The translations under genes were made by a program, and so were the position numbers. The notes beneath the pieces were generated by a model. That model was not told the DNA's origin and did no database searches. It saw only the letters and a list, made by a program, of their open reading frames with translations. Shown piece after piece: positions 23,800 through 38,852 of a stretch of 64,000 bases of DNA (the first letter of the stretch is position 1; each line of letters opens with the position of its first letter). This stretch comes from Chrysomallon squamiferum. Taxonomy: Eukaryota; Animalia; Mollusca. The stretch is from positions 16,864,001 to 16,928,000 of the forward strand of contig CM022676.1 of NCBI GenBank assembly GCA_012295275.1. Direction: 5' to 3'.

Positions 23800-23813
23800 G
23801 CGCCCCCTGGCGG
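23800..23813 (-). promoter_or_regulatory. Candidate CTCF-binding site
   Basis: gcgccccctggcgg reads CCGCCAGGGGGCGC on the minus strand, matching the CTCF core consensus, in otherwise AT-rich DNA about 1.3 kb upstream of the receptor A ATG. Confidence 0.5.
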
Positions 23814-26800
23814 GAAACTGCCAATATATTACGGAACACGGACAATGGAATTTAAACAGAAAGTTTTCACAAAAGTAACCGAATTCACGTGTTTTGTTCC
23901 GTAAGAAGAAATTACATTGAGGTACTGTTATCTTTTCTTTCTTTCTTTTCGCTTAATTTTAGATCTTAGGTTTTTTCAGCTTTATGTTTCTTTAGTTCCT
24001 ATTTTGTTTTTCATATATTTTATTTATTATTATTATTTTTTTTATCTTAGTAACAGTATTGTTTTTGCATACACTATTTTTACCTGTGTCTTCCTTTCTT
24101 CGTTCTTCTCAAAAATTCAGGTTGAGGATTCTCTATCCGAATTCCATGTGACAGGAAGTTCTGAATATTCCAGATACGAGGATATAACCAGAGAAAAGGA
24201 TTTAAATCAAAACACATATTCCGTTTAATTTCCATAAACAGCAAAAACAGAGAGTTCTCGGGATGTTTTATATGTAATAAAGTCTGTGTGTTGGGTATGT
24301 AAAAGGGTTTGACCGTAAGGTATTTATATGCCATTTTATTATTTTTTTTCTTTTTCTTAACCGAAAAAATGTTTCTACATTTTGTCCCCTGTGCTGTGGT
24401 GTATACGGTAATTAAAGTGAAAATACACTTATCAGTTAATTTCGTGGAAACGTTAATGTTTACATCAGCAGTAAATAAAAACTCAGTGTCTATACCACGT
24501 CATCAGATACATCCGCTGAAGCTGACTGCAAATGTTTGGTATGTAGACTTTTTTATTTCAAAACTAATTAAACACACATTTTGTTCTCTTCTGTTTTATT
24601 TGTTCCAGTATTTCTTTTCTAAACTAGGAGCATAACACGCAAATAAACATAATTAATTGATTTATTATTAGTGTTGTTGTTATTGTTATTATATATTTAC
24701 TATTATTATTATTTAGATTTGTTATCCCCTTCAGCTTCGAGACACTTATTGATTTACTACATACATACACACATACATACAAACATACATACATACATAT
24801 ATGTTCAGTTGATTATTGATAAACGTGTGAGTGATAACATGATGTACTAATCTTTTTTTGTCTAGACCAAAGTTTTCTTAGTTGTCTAAAATTTATTACC
24901 CTGAGATAAAGATCACTTTTGTAAAAAGTTAACTTCATCAGAGAGAGAGAGAGAGAATATATCAGGTTTTGTCAAGCCTAAAGTATAAAAAGACAATTTC
25001 AGTTATAAAAATTAAAATTCGAACATAAACTGCGAGTGAGCAAAGGAAAGAACATGAATATCCAATGTACTGATAAAAGTTCAAATGGTTTCACATTATA
25101 TGATTATATTCTCTTAGGTGCACATAATCGATTGCAGTAAGGGTATACACAGAAAGTAGGTACTCAGTATAGATCTACATTTATATACTAATAAATATAA
25201 ATGGCTCTATCAAACTGACAAAAGTGTGTCTATTCCCATATTTAGTCTAGATGTTTCGTTCGTTTGTTCACTATGTCTGTGACTTCAGACACTCAATCCA
25301 TTAACAGTTAATTATTGTGTCTATCTATCAGAAATTCAAAGTTCAGTAAAACAGCATATGAGTGAAGTAGTCTCAAGTTAATCAGTGAATAGTAACATCG
25401 TACCTTGATCCTTCATAGACATAGTGTTTAGATATCTACACAAACAGATAAATATATATATATGACGAAGATAGATAATCTCGATTTTATTTAACGTAAA
25501 ACACGTTATCTATTACACCGTGTTTCATTTGACACATTTCTTTTACGTATATTAACTGTAGATATTTTATTAACGTTCTAATTTATGAAAATAAATGTAT
25601 TACCTTAATACAAATTTAAGTTACAGAAACACACACACTCATATATATATATGTATCTATGTATGTATGTATGTATCTGTGAGTGATCTATGTTTGTGTG
25701 TTGTATGTGTGCGAAAAATAGAAGCCACTGAATAGGACAAAATTCAAAGCTGGTTTAGCTTGTCACTCTGAACTCGCTATATCTTTGCCGCCAATTAACG
25801 GAACTTTATAATTCTAAAACTGCCTTTAAAAGTTCGTAAGTGCGTATTTTTCTGTAAATATATTTGTGTGTGTGTGTGTGTTTGTATGTGTGTTTGGGTG
25901 TGTTTGTATGTGTGTTTGGGTGTGTGTGTATATATGTATATATCTGTATGTATATGTTTGTATGTTTCCACTCGCATATATACATAAACATACACACATC
26001 TGTCAATATAATAATGAAGGATGAACAAAAAGTAATTGGTTTCTGGTTTCTTTGTTTCAGTGTGCTATTAAGGAGTTTTGTTTACTTCACAAAATAAAGT
26101 TATACCGAAACGTGTAAACCTAAACTGAAACGTCAAAACATGAATTGAAACTGGAAAAACCCATCTTGTACACCAAAAGACAAGGTGAAACATTAAACAT
26201 AACGGTAAAATGAAACAAGTGGCATTAGTAAATTAAGTAGTCAGAGAACAAACTGAAAGACGAAAAGATAAGCAGACACGTGAAATAACAAAAGCATAAT
26301 GTGTTCAAAATACGGAGCAGTAAATTATTCTTACATAGAGGACATACACGAGAATGACGATGAAAGATTGCAGTTTGAAATGAATAAACGCAAGGATGAT
26401 GATCAAAAACTGCTGTTTTAACTTAATGAATTGAAGTTTGATGATGAAACACAGCTGTTTGAAGGACAAGAATGATGAAGCACTGCTGCTTGAACTGAAC
26501 GAATTGAAGGAGATGTACAATGAACAATTGTTGTATGAACTCAAGGATCGACAAAAACAGTTTTTCAGACTTCTGACTCAAAGAGAACTTTCGTCAAGTG
26601 ATGTGTGTTTGATAACAAAATTACTAGCAAAGTCGTGCAGCTGCGAAGTACACAAAAAACAAGTATTTATCCTTCTACTTGATGTCGAGAGATCGTTATG
26701 TATTAGTTTAATTGTAATGTACTTTATTGCTTTATTTAACAGGACGATCATCTTTTTATCATCGTTGGGTGTGGAGTGTTTTCTTTATAGTAATCCTGAA

Positions 26801-27190
26801 TAAACCTGTCATTATAAAACACTTGTAACGTTTTTATTATTCAACCGTGCAAACAAACAACATAGTAATTTCGCTTCAGTAAACAACATATTGTTCGAAC
26901 ATATTTCAAATTGGTTTATGCGGTGAATGGAGACATGAAAAGCTGTATAAATGAAAAAGAAAAAAGAAATGAAAGATAGACGCAGAAGAAGAAAACATTC
27001 CTTTGTTCGTCACTGAAAACAAAATCTTATCTTTATCGTCTTACAGTCGCCATATTCAAGATTTCTGTCTTTTATTAGAGGTTAACTGAACAAACGTGGG
27101 AGACTTCACTTTGTCTCTTCAACCTTTTCTTTCGTGGGAAAAAAATGTGTGTGTATGTATCTTCTCCACAAAACTAAAGTTCGAAATGGC

Positions 27191-27316
<126 letters not shown>

Positions 27317-27635
27317 AAAGAAAACATAATGTTTCGTCCAGAAAAAAAAGAAGGAAAGTAGCTGCAACATCTGTTAAAATAAGTTAAGTTTATTTTTGTA
27401 AGCTATTAAATAAGCTAACATAAAATTCAGTCCACTCATCTGTAAATTTATTGACAAAGCTGTAGATAAACAGAGGGCGAATCAGCTGGACATTATCAAC
27501 ATATCAACACATTTCATATAATAATTAATATAGGGAAATCAATTTAGTTATATTGACAGAAGATAATTACTTTACTCAATCAGACGTTTTTGACACACAC
27601 ACACACGAATGCGCATATATATGTAGGTGTATCTC

Positions 27636-27666
<31 letters not shown>

Positions 27667-28433
27667 GAGAGAGATTAGATTAATTACAGTTATTAAAATA
27701 ATCAAATGTATTAAATTTACAATTATACTTCTAGTTTGCGTGTATTTCTGATATTGTATTAGTTTTAATAAACGTAACAGTTAAAACGTTTGCATCATAC
27801 CTGTCTTGTGTGCAGTCTCTCATTCACACATAGAAACAAACTGTATGTATTTAGATTATTCAACTAATGAAATATATGCTATAGTATATTGAATTAATTA
27901 GTTTAAAAACAATATATATGTGTGTGTTTCTGTGTGTGTGTGTGTTAACAATACCAAACAAAGGTGTCTAATATATAGAGAAAAAATTTTCTTATTATTA
28001 TTATTACAATTATTATTATTATTATTATTTTATTTTATTATTATTATTGTTGTTGTTGTTGTTGTTATTATTATTATTAATATTATTTCTATGAGTACGA
28101 TTATTATGTTATCTTTGCATCCTGTTTTTCATTGCTATTCATTAATTAAATATGTTATGAAGAGGATAGATAAGAGTCTGTATGTAACCATACACGTTAA
28201 AAAAGTTCTATTTTTGGTGTAGAAGTGTTTTATATTTCTCTTTTGTCCGACAAACCTGTAAAGCTGGCTTCACTTTATGACGATGAAAAAATTGTGACGG
28301 ATTTCATCAGAGAGGCTATTCTCATTTATAACTGAACCGTTACCGAAAGTCTAAGATTTCATTATGTCATTTTGATCTTTACTTTTCTGTCCCGCATTCG
28401 TACATAGCTTCACGTTATGTTATATTTATGAAA

Positions 28434-28464
<31 letters not shown>

Positions 28465-28994
28465 TGAGTGAAGTGAGATACTATAATATAAGGGAACGCC
28501 ATTGTAAGAAATGTTAGATAATGGCAAAGTGTTTTAAATTGAAATACTTAGAAAACAACTCTGTAACGTATAATTTTCAAGGTATTAACAGTGCTGATAT
28601 AAAACTGAGTCACTTTTTTTCGTAAAACTATTGATAAATTCTATTATCCTGAAAAGCTGTAGAGTTATGGAGTTGGAAATATGACAATGTTTCATAAAAT
28701 ATTTATAAACCGGCGATCTGTTTAAAAAGGCATACATCGCAGGTCCGACGTGAGTCCACTGTGTGTGTGTGTGTGTGTCTGTGTGTGCGTGTGTGTACGG
28801 TGTGTGTGTGTGCGTTTGTGTGCGTGTGTGTGTGTGTGTGTGTGACTAGTTAGTTATCCAGTGCGTTCAGTGGACAGCGACCCTTCCACCGATCTCACTT
28901 AATAACAAAAAATCAGCAGATCCTTCTGCGAAACAAAAGTCCGTAACAGAAACCACTCATTTTACTGTATACACCCACACACACATATATATAA

Positions 28995-29041
<47 letters not shown>

Positions 29042-29077
29042 TACACTATATAAATAACACATCAACAAAAATGCAGT

Positions 29078-29148
<71 letters not shown>

Positions 29149-30542
29149 TGTGTGTGGTTTAAAATTGGAGATGTTTCTGTTTACTACAGAACAGAAAATC
29201 ACGTCTCCATCCTGGGGACAAGCGAGACACGAACATCAAAATATTCCGATAAATGTAACCAAGGTTACCTGTAAACCTCTGTTTTTTGACTATTGTTAGT
29301 TATATACTGATCATTTTTCCATGTGAACGTGACATCACCGTTTATGTTGTTTGATGACATGTCAAAATCATTGTTCCGTTATCAGCAAACAAACTTTCTA
29401 TTTCCCTCAGTTGTGACTGTCTGCGGACTATTTGATATACACAGCAGTACTAATATTTATTACTAAAAGTAATGTATTCTCTTAACTCACCATCAGCAAG
29501 TATTTATTTCAATTATAGAAGTTCCTTGCTTTATAGATAAATGTTATGTTTTATGAATTGGTTTGCCTGTATTTACAAAAGGAGCTTTGTTTATCTCTTT
29601 AACTTTGTATCACTTAGCCTCTCTATTTTTAAACCTGTATGAATGTGTTCGTGTGTACTTGCGTCTATATACATATCTTTAAAAAAGAATAAATACTTGT
29701 CTTTGCGTCTTAACTAGAGACAATGGGTATTTAAATCTCTCTCACTATCTCAATATGTGTTCCTGTATGTGCACGCGCTAGCGTGCGTGCGCACCTGTGT
29801 GTGTCTAGATATGTTAAAAAATGAGTGAATAATGTTGTTGTCTATGACAGAGATGACTGGTATTTACACGTCTCAGGGTTTTTTGTTTGTTTTTTCTGTG
29901 TATTTTGAGTGCAGCTGTTGACAATGCTAATTTCTATATAAACTGTTATTTTGTTCTAGAAATCCGGGTTAGTCAAAGTCCGTTTTCCCGAGACGGCACC
30001 GTATTAATGTGTGTGTATGTATGTGTGTGTGAGTCTTTGTGTGTGTGAGTGTATGTGTAGGTGCATGTGTGTATATGTGTGTAGTAGTATCACTATTATT
30101 ATTATTACTATTATTATTAAAACTGTTTGATATCTCAAACAAGGACATTGGGAAAGAGCACTGTTTCGTTTTAAAACATCACGATTTGAACGAGTGAACT
30201 GCAAGATTATGAAAACCAGAGAAGCGATAACTTGTATTATTCATACTGGCCTGTAGGTTGCTTTTATAGTCATGATTTTCAGACAGACTGGTTCGGCAAA
30301 ACATTCATTCAAGATATCGAGAAGCGGTGTAAATCTAGAGAAACCAAAACACTATTAACATAATGAAAGAAAAGTCGTACAATGTTTCCAAGGGCTCACT
30401 TTAGTTTTACATATGCTGAGTTAATGTATGAAACACGATATCTATTCTCATTTTAGTGTATGTGCACACATACACTGTGATGAAGATAGACAATCGGCGG
30501 CAGCGGTTCCGTTTGATATACAGAAGATCGGTGTAAAGTTTA

Positions 30543-30597
<55 letters not shown>

Positions 30598-30716
30598 CAC
30601 TCACACACACACAGTTGTGCAAGTTCCTTGTTTTTATATATAAGTGTTATGTTTTCGTGAACTGGTTTATTTGTATTTACGAAAAAGTAGGCTTGTTTAT
30701 ATCTATGACTTTGTAT

Positions 30717-30850
<134 letters not shown>

Positions 30851-31896
30851 TTGTGAGTACGTGTTTGTGTGTGTTTGTGTGTAGATATGTTTAATAAAGA
30901 GTGAATACTGCTCTGATTGTGCAAGACAGACGTGACGGGTAGATACCTTTCTGTGTATGTTTATATATATATATTTAAACAGAGACAAAACGTCAGCACA
31001 CGGTTATTAATTACATGTAAATTGCAGTCAGCATTTAAGAAGTAATCACACTCGAAAAACTATGATTGGCTTTTCACAATGTTAATTACTATATCAATTG
31101 TTATTTTGTTCTGGAATTTACACCCATTATCTGAAGTAGACAGGATCCGGATTAGCCACTATTTTGTTCAGAACAGATTAGCAGTAGCTGGAAGGGAAAC
31201 TGAAATGTGCCGGTGTAGCAGTTAATTACAAACACCTGGAAATCGCACATCCCAGGGTTTGTAATTTGATAGGAAATACCCCCCACCCAGTGGAATAGCA
31301 CACTGCATAGCATCCCTGTTACTCCTATCTTCTGGCACACCACTGGCATAGACTTTCAATCGCAGTCAGAAGGGAAATGTTTATATACAAACAGTTTCTG
31401 ATTACTATAGCAGGTGTTATCAGTACTTTAATTAATTATTGTTTATGAAGGAAGCTGCTCAATAAATAATTTCAAATCAGACTGTCGCTGTTTATATTTT
31501 TGAGTTGTGTATCACAAGTATGGGACTAGAGCTTTTTGTAGCTGCAGCTAAAAAGAAAATCAGAACAATCTCAAACTTTGAGGTTCCGGCGGCAAGAAAT
31601 ACTTTTTGTTGCTATTTAACAGACATACTTTACTTGAAGCCGTTCTTAGACAGAAACATAATTAAATTTGGGCAAAAATATGTGCGAAAACAAGTTCTAA
31701 CGTGAAATATGTGTTGTTCATATCAAAACCACAAATGGAAGGAATGTTTATAGTGAGATGCAATTAAAAACAGCATCACTACTGCTATGTGTGGTATATT
31801 AGGAGAGGTTTGTGATTTACAGGATTTGTGATTTCCTGCTACACTAGTTTATACACAAATCTCGGTTAGTCCAAGGTTATTTTTCGACTAGTGCAC

Positions 31897-31934
<38 letters not shown>

Positions 31935-33385
31935 TGTGTGTATGTATATTATTTTTGTGTGTACATACACGCACACATATATACACAAACATATACATAT
32001 ACTATGACTCAATGTGTGCAGAAAAGTAACACAGAAACAAATAAATAAATAGCAAAATGTAAATAATAATACATGATACATTTATTTCTATATTTTTGTA
32101 ATTCACCTGTTTCCATTTTAAACACAAACTAAATACAAAAATAGACAGTGTGAACATTCATGATAAAAAGTACAAATCTATTTTTCTGTTTTTCGTTTAC
32201 TTCTATCTCATACATAAATAAATACACAAAGACTTGCTAGTCTTAGTAAAAAAAAAAAATGATAAATAAATCAAATAACAGTTCTTATTTTCATGTCTAA
32301 CAACCAGGAAATACATACACAATGCATCTACATATTATGTTTCATATAAAAAAAAAAATAATAATAATAATAAATAAACAGATAAATAAAAAAAATAAAA
32401 ATGTATAAATATATGAATAAATAAAAAATAATGACAGTAAAATAATAAATAAGGAATGAGAAGTTTATATACATCATGCACGTTTGTGCCAGAAATCAGT
32501 CCTAGGCCCTGCTTTTGAATCTTTGCGAATTACAATCAAGGAGTTGGCCCCGGGCTTCACCAGACCTCCACACGACACTGATCAGGGGTCACGTTGTTAG
32601 TTTAAAATAAAGAAATCGTGTTACGAGATATATGTATACTCATCTTACATAAATCTTCTTTAAAACAGATTAAAACAATTGAATAGATTAAGTACTACTA
32701 TATTGCATTGTTTATACGTAAGTTATAAAATCTGTATAATAATAATAATAATAATAATAATAGAAACAAGAGCAACAACAACAAGAACAATAAGAAATTT
32801 TACAGTGCACTAAATATACGTGTACATATTTTATTTCCCTGACGATGCTTGCATGACCAGTATATCAAGTTAAGCTAACACGTGACGTTTGTTTGTAATG
32901 TATGTAGCTCAGATACAAATAGCGTCTCATTGCTATATAAGAAAGACAAAGGTATACTCGGGTGTTATTTACAACGATCTGACAAATTCATTGTTAACAA
33001 ACTCTCTGCTCATAAGTGTAGAAATAAACCATGAAAAATATGAAATTATTTACATTTGTGGTCATTTAAAGAGAAAAGATATAGACAACCCAGTTATTTC
33101 CAATAAACCGAACAAACTAACAAACTCGTAAATAAAAAATAATACTATTATATGAGATAATATTTTCATATCTTCTATTGGCACGTACCATACCTTTAAA
33201 AAGCCTCACGCTGTAATACTGTTTATTATAAGTATATCAATAGCAGCGATACAAAAATATATATATATTAAAAAATACAATAACATATTATGCACTGGTT
33301 AGAACGGGTGATATTCCAATAGGAACGTTAGATAAGCAGGAAGAAACTAATGAAGAAAGAAAGAAAGACTGAGATGAACACACGC

Positions 33386-33459
<74 letters not shown>

Positions 33460-33595
33460 GTAATAAATATAATAAATTAACACAATATAAAATACATTGT
33501 AGTGTGAAAATAGTTACTTACCTCAACAATTTTCTGATCGACAATTTCTCAGAAACGAGAAATCTCTGTAGTTGATCACAGAGATCAGGGAACTA

Positions 33596-33650
<55 letters not shown>

Positions 33651-33715
33651 AAAGACACAAAGTGAAACGAAGTAATCAGATACAGCATAAACTGTAAACG
33701 ATACATTGAACTCTA

Positions 33716-34062
33716 CAGATACCGGACCAATTATCTGGCGTCGTGAAATCCCGAAAGACCAGAAAACCGGAACTTTTTCCACACGCAATTTTCATAGTTT
33801 CCGCGAGCGGGTATTGTCTTCACGAGACCGGAACTACTCTTTCAAGCCGCATGGTGTTCATTCACTCGCCGCATTGTTCACGTGTCGAGTCACCACAGTT
33901 GTGTATCGTCAATTTTCTGTATTTCTTTTTCTTTTTTAAATTATAAAATGTTCATGCCTAAATACTTACGAATTTAGATGTCTTGGCACGAGAAAACCGG
34001 AAAATCTAGAAACTCGGAATGCCCCAGGCCCCAATGAGTCCCGATAATTGGTTCGGTACCTG
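33716..34062. mobile_element. MITE (Tc1/mariner-pogo type), 347 bp, TA target-site duplication
   Basis: Left end is TA|cagataccggaccaattatctgg and the right end reverse-complemented is TA|caggtaccgaaccaattatcggg, giving about 23-bp imperfect TIRs; no recognisable transposase inside. Confidence 0.85.
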
Positions 34063-34699
34063 TATTTAAGTGATAGTATAACAACTACTACTGCTACTGC
34101 AACTGCTACTACTAATAATAAAATAATAATTATTATTATAATGACGATACCATTATTATTTTAATTTCTTCTGAGTATTTTTTTTTTATTTATTATTGTT
34201 GTTGTTGGTGTTTTTATCATCAAATATTCTTCGATATTTACCATAAACCAGTTTGTTAGGTAGAAAAAAAATCGTTAAATACAATTCACACAAAAAATGC
34301 ATAGCCTTGACAAAATAGATTTCAATTTCAAAATGTCTGATCTGATTTAAGCAAAGTAATAATTGTACCGCATATATTAAATTACAATAAAATAGAAAAT
34401 ACCTTCAAATTTCAAAATGTCCGTCTTCGTAAGAAAGTACGTCCTTGCTTGGTGACTGTTTTCCTTGAACTGACAACGTCCTGTTTGACAGGAAATTGAA
34501 ATATCTTCTGTGTATCGCTGTTTACAATGTCGTCTGCTCATAAACACGTGATTGAAATCAGATGTAGAGGTCACGCCACCTTTAGCGTTAAACGTGCACT
34601 TTTCCACCACTTGTCACCGAACTCTATAGCAAAAATATGCTGCATTTTTTGTTTTCTTATTTATTTCATGAAAACTCTTTACTAATAGCTAGCATTAAG

Positions 34700-35300
34700 C
34701 CATTTTAAATAGAAAATTGTGGTTTATGATATTTTATTTGTATTTGTTTTTATTATTTCAAAATGCAATGCATGAAAGCCACTAGCAAAACAGATAAAGC
34801 AATGTTTCTTTACTGAGCCCAAAACCAATATCAGTGACGCTCTAGAATATCAACATTTACTCAAAAGAGAGGCAATGTCTTCGCTTGAATTTATATATTA
34901 AATCCACGATATGTTTAATGCATTACAAAATAACTTAATATTTTGTGCTCGTAAACCACCATTTTCATAATCATCAAAAATTATTCTTCTGAATATTTTA
35001 TGAGGTTTTTTATTCAAATAAACTGAAATTATTAAAGAAATGGGTTTCTAATATTTTAAAGAAATAATTTGTTGGATTTGGCAGTGATGAAGAAATATAA
35101 ACAAGTTTCGATAAAATTAAACTTTCGATTACAGTAATTTTTCATAAAGGTAAGAAACAACGACTGAAGCAACCTTTGAACCTTATTGAACTTTGCATTA
35201 AAGTTTAGCTGTTGTATCTGATCCGTGGAAAACCGTACCGCAACTGTTGTAGATTGTGAAGCACATTTTAATGTATGTTTTTAACATATTTTTTCTAACT
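34700..35300 (-). mobile_element. Possible degraded DNA-transposon transposase fragment
   Basis: Minus-strand pieces GSDTTA..N.G.KG (about 35170-35230) and ERH*YWFW..RNIALS (about 34790-34850) recall DTTAxNTG and RHxWxLSEExxxLA motifs of invertebrate transposases (recall only). Confidence 0.3.
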
Positions 35301-35619
35301 TATATAATATATATTATATAACTTTAGTTTTTGTTTTTAATGAAAATCCACAGTAAATTAAGAATACATTCGAAACACGAGAGGGAAATAACTTAGCTTT
35401 GTATTCATGGAAGTGGTAAAGGAATTATCTCCCACTGTATCAGTAAACACTTTTCTTGTCTGCTCCATGAAAATAGTTAAACACGATGTATTTGTTACTC
35501 AACATTTACTATGAACAATGATAATTAAACAACATAACTAAACAACAACAACAACACAATAATAATAATAATAATAATTATTATTATTATTATTATTGTT
35601 ATTATTATTATTATTACTG

Positions 35620-35722
<103 letters not shown>

Positions 35723-36009
35723 CCTGATTTATTAAAATAAATTACTCTGTAAGGCCGTGTTCTATAATAATAAACTGATGGAGTAGAATAAAATATATGT
35801 AGTATACACCAATATGCAATACTGCTCTTGCACTTTATACTTATAGAAGGTTGATTTAGAAAATAATAATAATAATAATAAACTATGACGGATACTGTTA
35901 AAAACAAGACGGAGATCTGGATACTCCACTTTTAAAAGTAGCCTTGTAATTGCATGCACGTTTCTTTGTGCGTATGTCTGTGCTTGTGTTTTTATGTGTA
36001 TAATTTAGC

Positions 36010-36196
36010 ACTGACTATTCTTATGTACGTCTAATTAGCCTGTAGACAATATTCAGGGAGGCGCTATCACAGGTGGACAAAGTCCAGTCATGATTTGACC
36101 AACCTGATCAGATGCCGCTGTCGAGACTCGAACGTATGGCTCTCGTTCGCCCACACTCAGAAGGGAGACAACCCTATCGTTAAGCCATCAAGCCAA
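36010..36196 (-). mobile_element. tRNA-derived SINE-like element
   Basis: The minus strand has an A-box-like TGGCTTAACGATAG and a B-box-like GTTCGAGTC, followed by a short body. No clean cloverleaf. Confidence 0.45.
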
Positions 36197-36959
36197 GCTT
36201 GAAAAAGTTGCTCAGTAACCGAGGGTAATCATCACTTCACACGAAGGACACTGTTTTTTGCATGTTGAAATTTTCGTGTGCATCTAATTTTTTTCTCAAA
36301 ACCTGCCAATGGCAAGTATGTGTCGTCTGCTAATTTGTATATATATATATATATATGTATCCATGTATTTATGAATGCATGTATGTATGTATGCATGTGT
36401 CTCTGTGTATGTATATCTGTCAGTGTGCTCGACGATTTGTTCATTGAAAAGTCAGAAGTATCTCAGATCTAAATAATAAGCTTCCGCATGACATTTACAC
36501 AATTAATATTTCTTCTATTTTGTTTCAGTTTTGAAGCATTTTTCTTTAAATTTTGAATCGTCAGGTGTTCTTGAAGAAATCTAGACTATAAAGAGAAGAA
36601 CTCTTTGTCCATATAATTTGTGTTTTTCATTTAAATATAAATCAAAACCGGGATAACAGATCTAGAAGCGATATGGTTGTAATAGCAGTAGTCATAGTGG
36701 TAGTACTAGTACGATAGGTAATAGTAGTAGTAGCAGTAGCTGCAGCACTAGTAACAGTGGTAGTAGTACTGGAAAGACTAGGGCTAGTAATAACAGTAAT
36801 AGTAGTAGTAGTAGTAGATGTAGTAGTTGTGGTATTACTAGTAATAGTAGTGATGGTAGTATTAGGAGTAGTTCCAGTTGTAGTAGAAGTAGTAATAGTA
36901 GTAATAACAGTGGTAGTAGGAGTAGTAGTAGTCCATGCATTAAATTGAACGGCTTACCT

Positions 36960-38450
36960 CAAGATGTGAGTAAAATCCCAGTTTTGGCTACTAAAGATTT
37001 CATCAGTCGACTGAAGCTGTTTTTGGTATCTGCACATCCAAAGAATGCACCTGTTGTATTTGAAATTGGACCGAGGAAAACCCTGCTGGTAAAGTCATCA
37101 GCCTGAAGAAAAGTTAAACGACTGTCCATCAAACAATCGTCATATGCACATCGTATGCAATAAGACCGGTAACGAAGCATCTGTCGGAAACGACCAGCAG
37201 TATCGTGGTGTGAAGAAGTTTGTTGAGAAAGTTGGTCTCAGCGTTACCTCTGCCAAAGTTTGTTCGATTCCTCGTCTCCTTCGTTATCTACAACGAAACG
37301 ATCAGTACACCGTTATAGGATCTTACGATTTAGCTCTTCCGGTTGAATATCGTGTAGCTTTGTGTAAAGCACCTGTGATGACGCTAGAACAAACACTAGG
37401 AAATATACTACCAGCTGAAGAACGATCAAAAGATTCAGAAGAAAAAGACGAATGGAGTAAATGGAGGAAGAACTTTCAGTCTGATCGACGAAAACCTGAG
37501 ACAACTGCATCGGATATTCTTGCCCAGTACATCACGTTGAAAGTAGAACATGAAACAATTCAACAACAACACCGAGAAAAAACACCAGAACCTTTCTCAG
37601 AGGATGAAATTATTGTAGATTCACCAAGGAAAATCCTTTGATCGAAAATCAACATCTTGATATGCAGAAAAAGTGATCAACGCTATCACCAGAGAAGAGA
37701 AGAGAAAAGTCATGTAAGCGGCCGAACGAGAGGAAGCTAAAAAATTAAAAGTAAGTTCTAAAGGCATGAACATGATAGAAATAGCTAGTAGATTATTAGT
37801 TGTTAATGTGGCAACAACCAGAGAACAATTAGTTACTTGAGTTAGAAATTACAAACAAGAAGCGAATGAAGTTTGTACAATACCTGGAGAAAATCAACCA
37901 CTTGGTGGATTCACTTTTATCATGAGTGAGAATTCATTTCAGAGCGTGTTGAAGTCACAACTTGAAATTGTGAATTCTAAAGTAGATCCGAAAGTGTCCA
38001 TTATTGACTATTTGAGAACATGGGAACCTCCAAATGATTTAGATTTGATTGAACCTGAAGAAAGCATGATGGATTTACTATATTGGTGTTGTCATGCTGA
38101 AATTGATGGTATCAAAGTTGCACGAAAAATAGTATCCATTATTCGAAAACATGATACTGACCGTTACTGTGTCTGCTTGATTGGAGAATCCACAACAGGT
38201 AAATCGTATTGGATGATTGAACCATTCACAATTTTACAATCATCTGTAGTTGGACGTGCGCGTAAAGACGCTGATTTGGTTTCGAGTCATGCGTGAATAA
38301 AATATTATTCTTGTTGATGAATGTAACATTTATCAACCAATTATGGACACCAACAAATCTTTGTTATAAGGTAATAAGGTGGAAGTTGTAAGAAAAGGTA
38401 AACAACCTATGGTGATCCATAAAACTGTTGGTTTTGTGTCCAGAGATGAA
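36960..38450 (+). mobile_element. NS1: Endogenous parvovirus/densovirus-like element: degraded NS1 (HUH endonuclease + SF3 helicase)
   Basis: Intronless island with HUH motif RHMHIV (37138-37155), LLRYLQR (catalytic-Tyr-like), Walker A GESTTGKS (38183-38206), FESCVNK plus Walker B NIILVDE (38301-38321), and motif B' KSLL*GNKVEVVRKGKQPMVI. It contains several stops and frameshifts. No capsid ORF is seen. Confidence 0.85.
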
Positions 38451-38852
38451 AAACAAATGATTGTAACACAAAATTTTATAGTTTTGTATTATTACAAACA
38501 TTGTCATGTGGTTTACCAATTTCGGACGACTGTTTTGTATTTTCTGTTTTTGCTTTAATAAAAATTAAAATAAAATAAAACCAAATTATTATTATTTATT
38601 TTACGTGTCTAAATAGCAGTACGTTTTCCAGTACCACTATTAGTACTAGCCCTACTATATCCAGTACCACTATTATTACTAACCCTACTATTTCCACAAC
38701 TATTATCACTTTTATTATTAGCTCTACTATTTCTAGTACTATTATTATTACTAACTGTACTACTGTTGACATTTACCTAACTTACCTTGATATCCACCTT
38801 AACTTACCTTAATTACCGACTTCACCTGGAATAAGAAATCAAATCTAAATTA

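Noticed and set aside
31152-31349. 65-aa GC-richer ORF
   Set aside because: No recognisable motif or convincing splice context in any frame.
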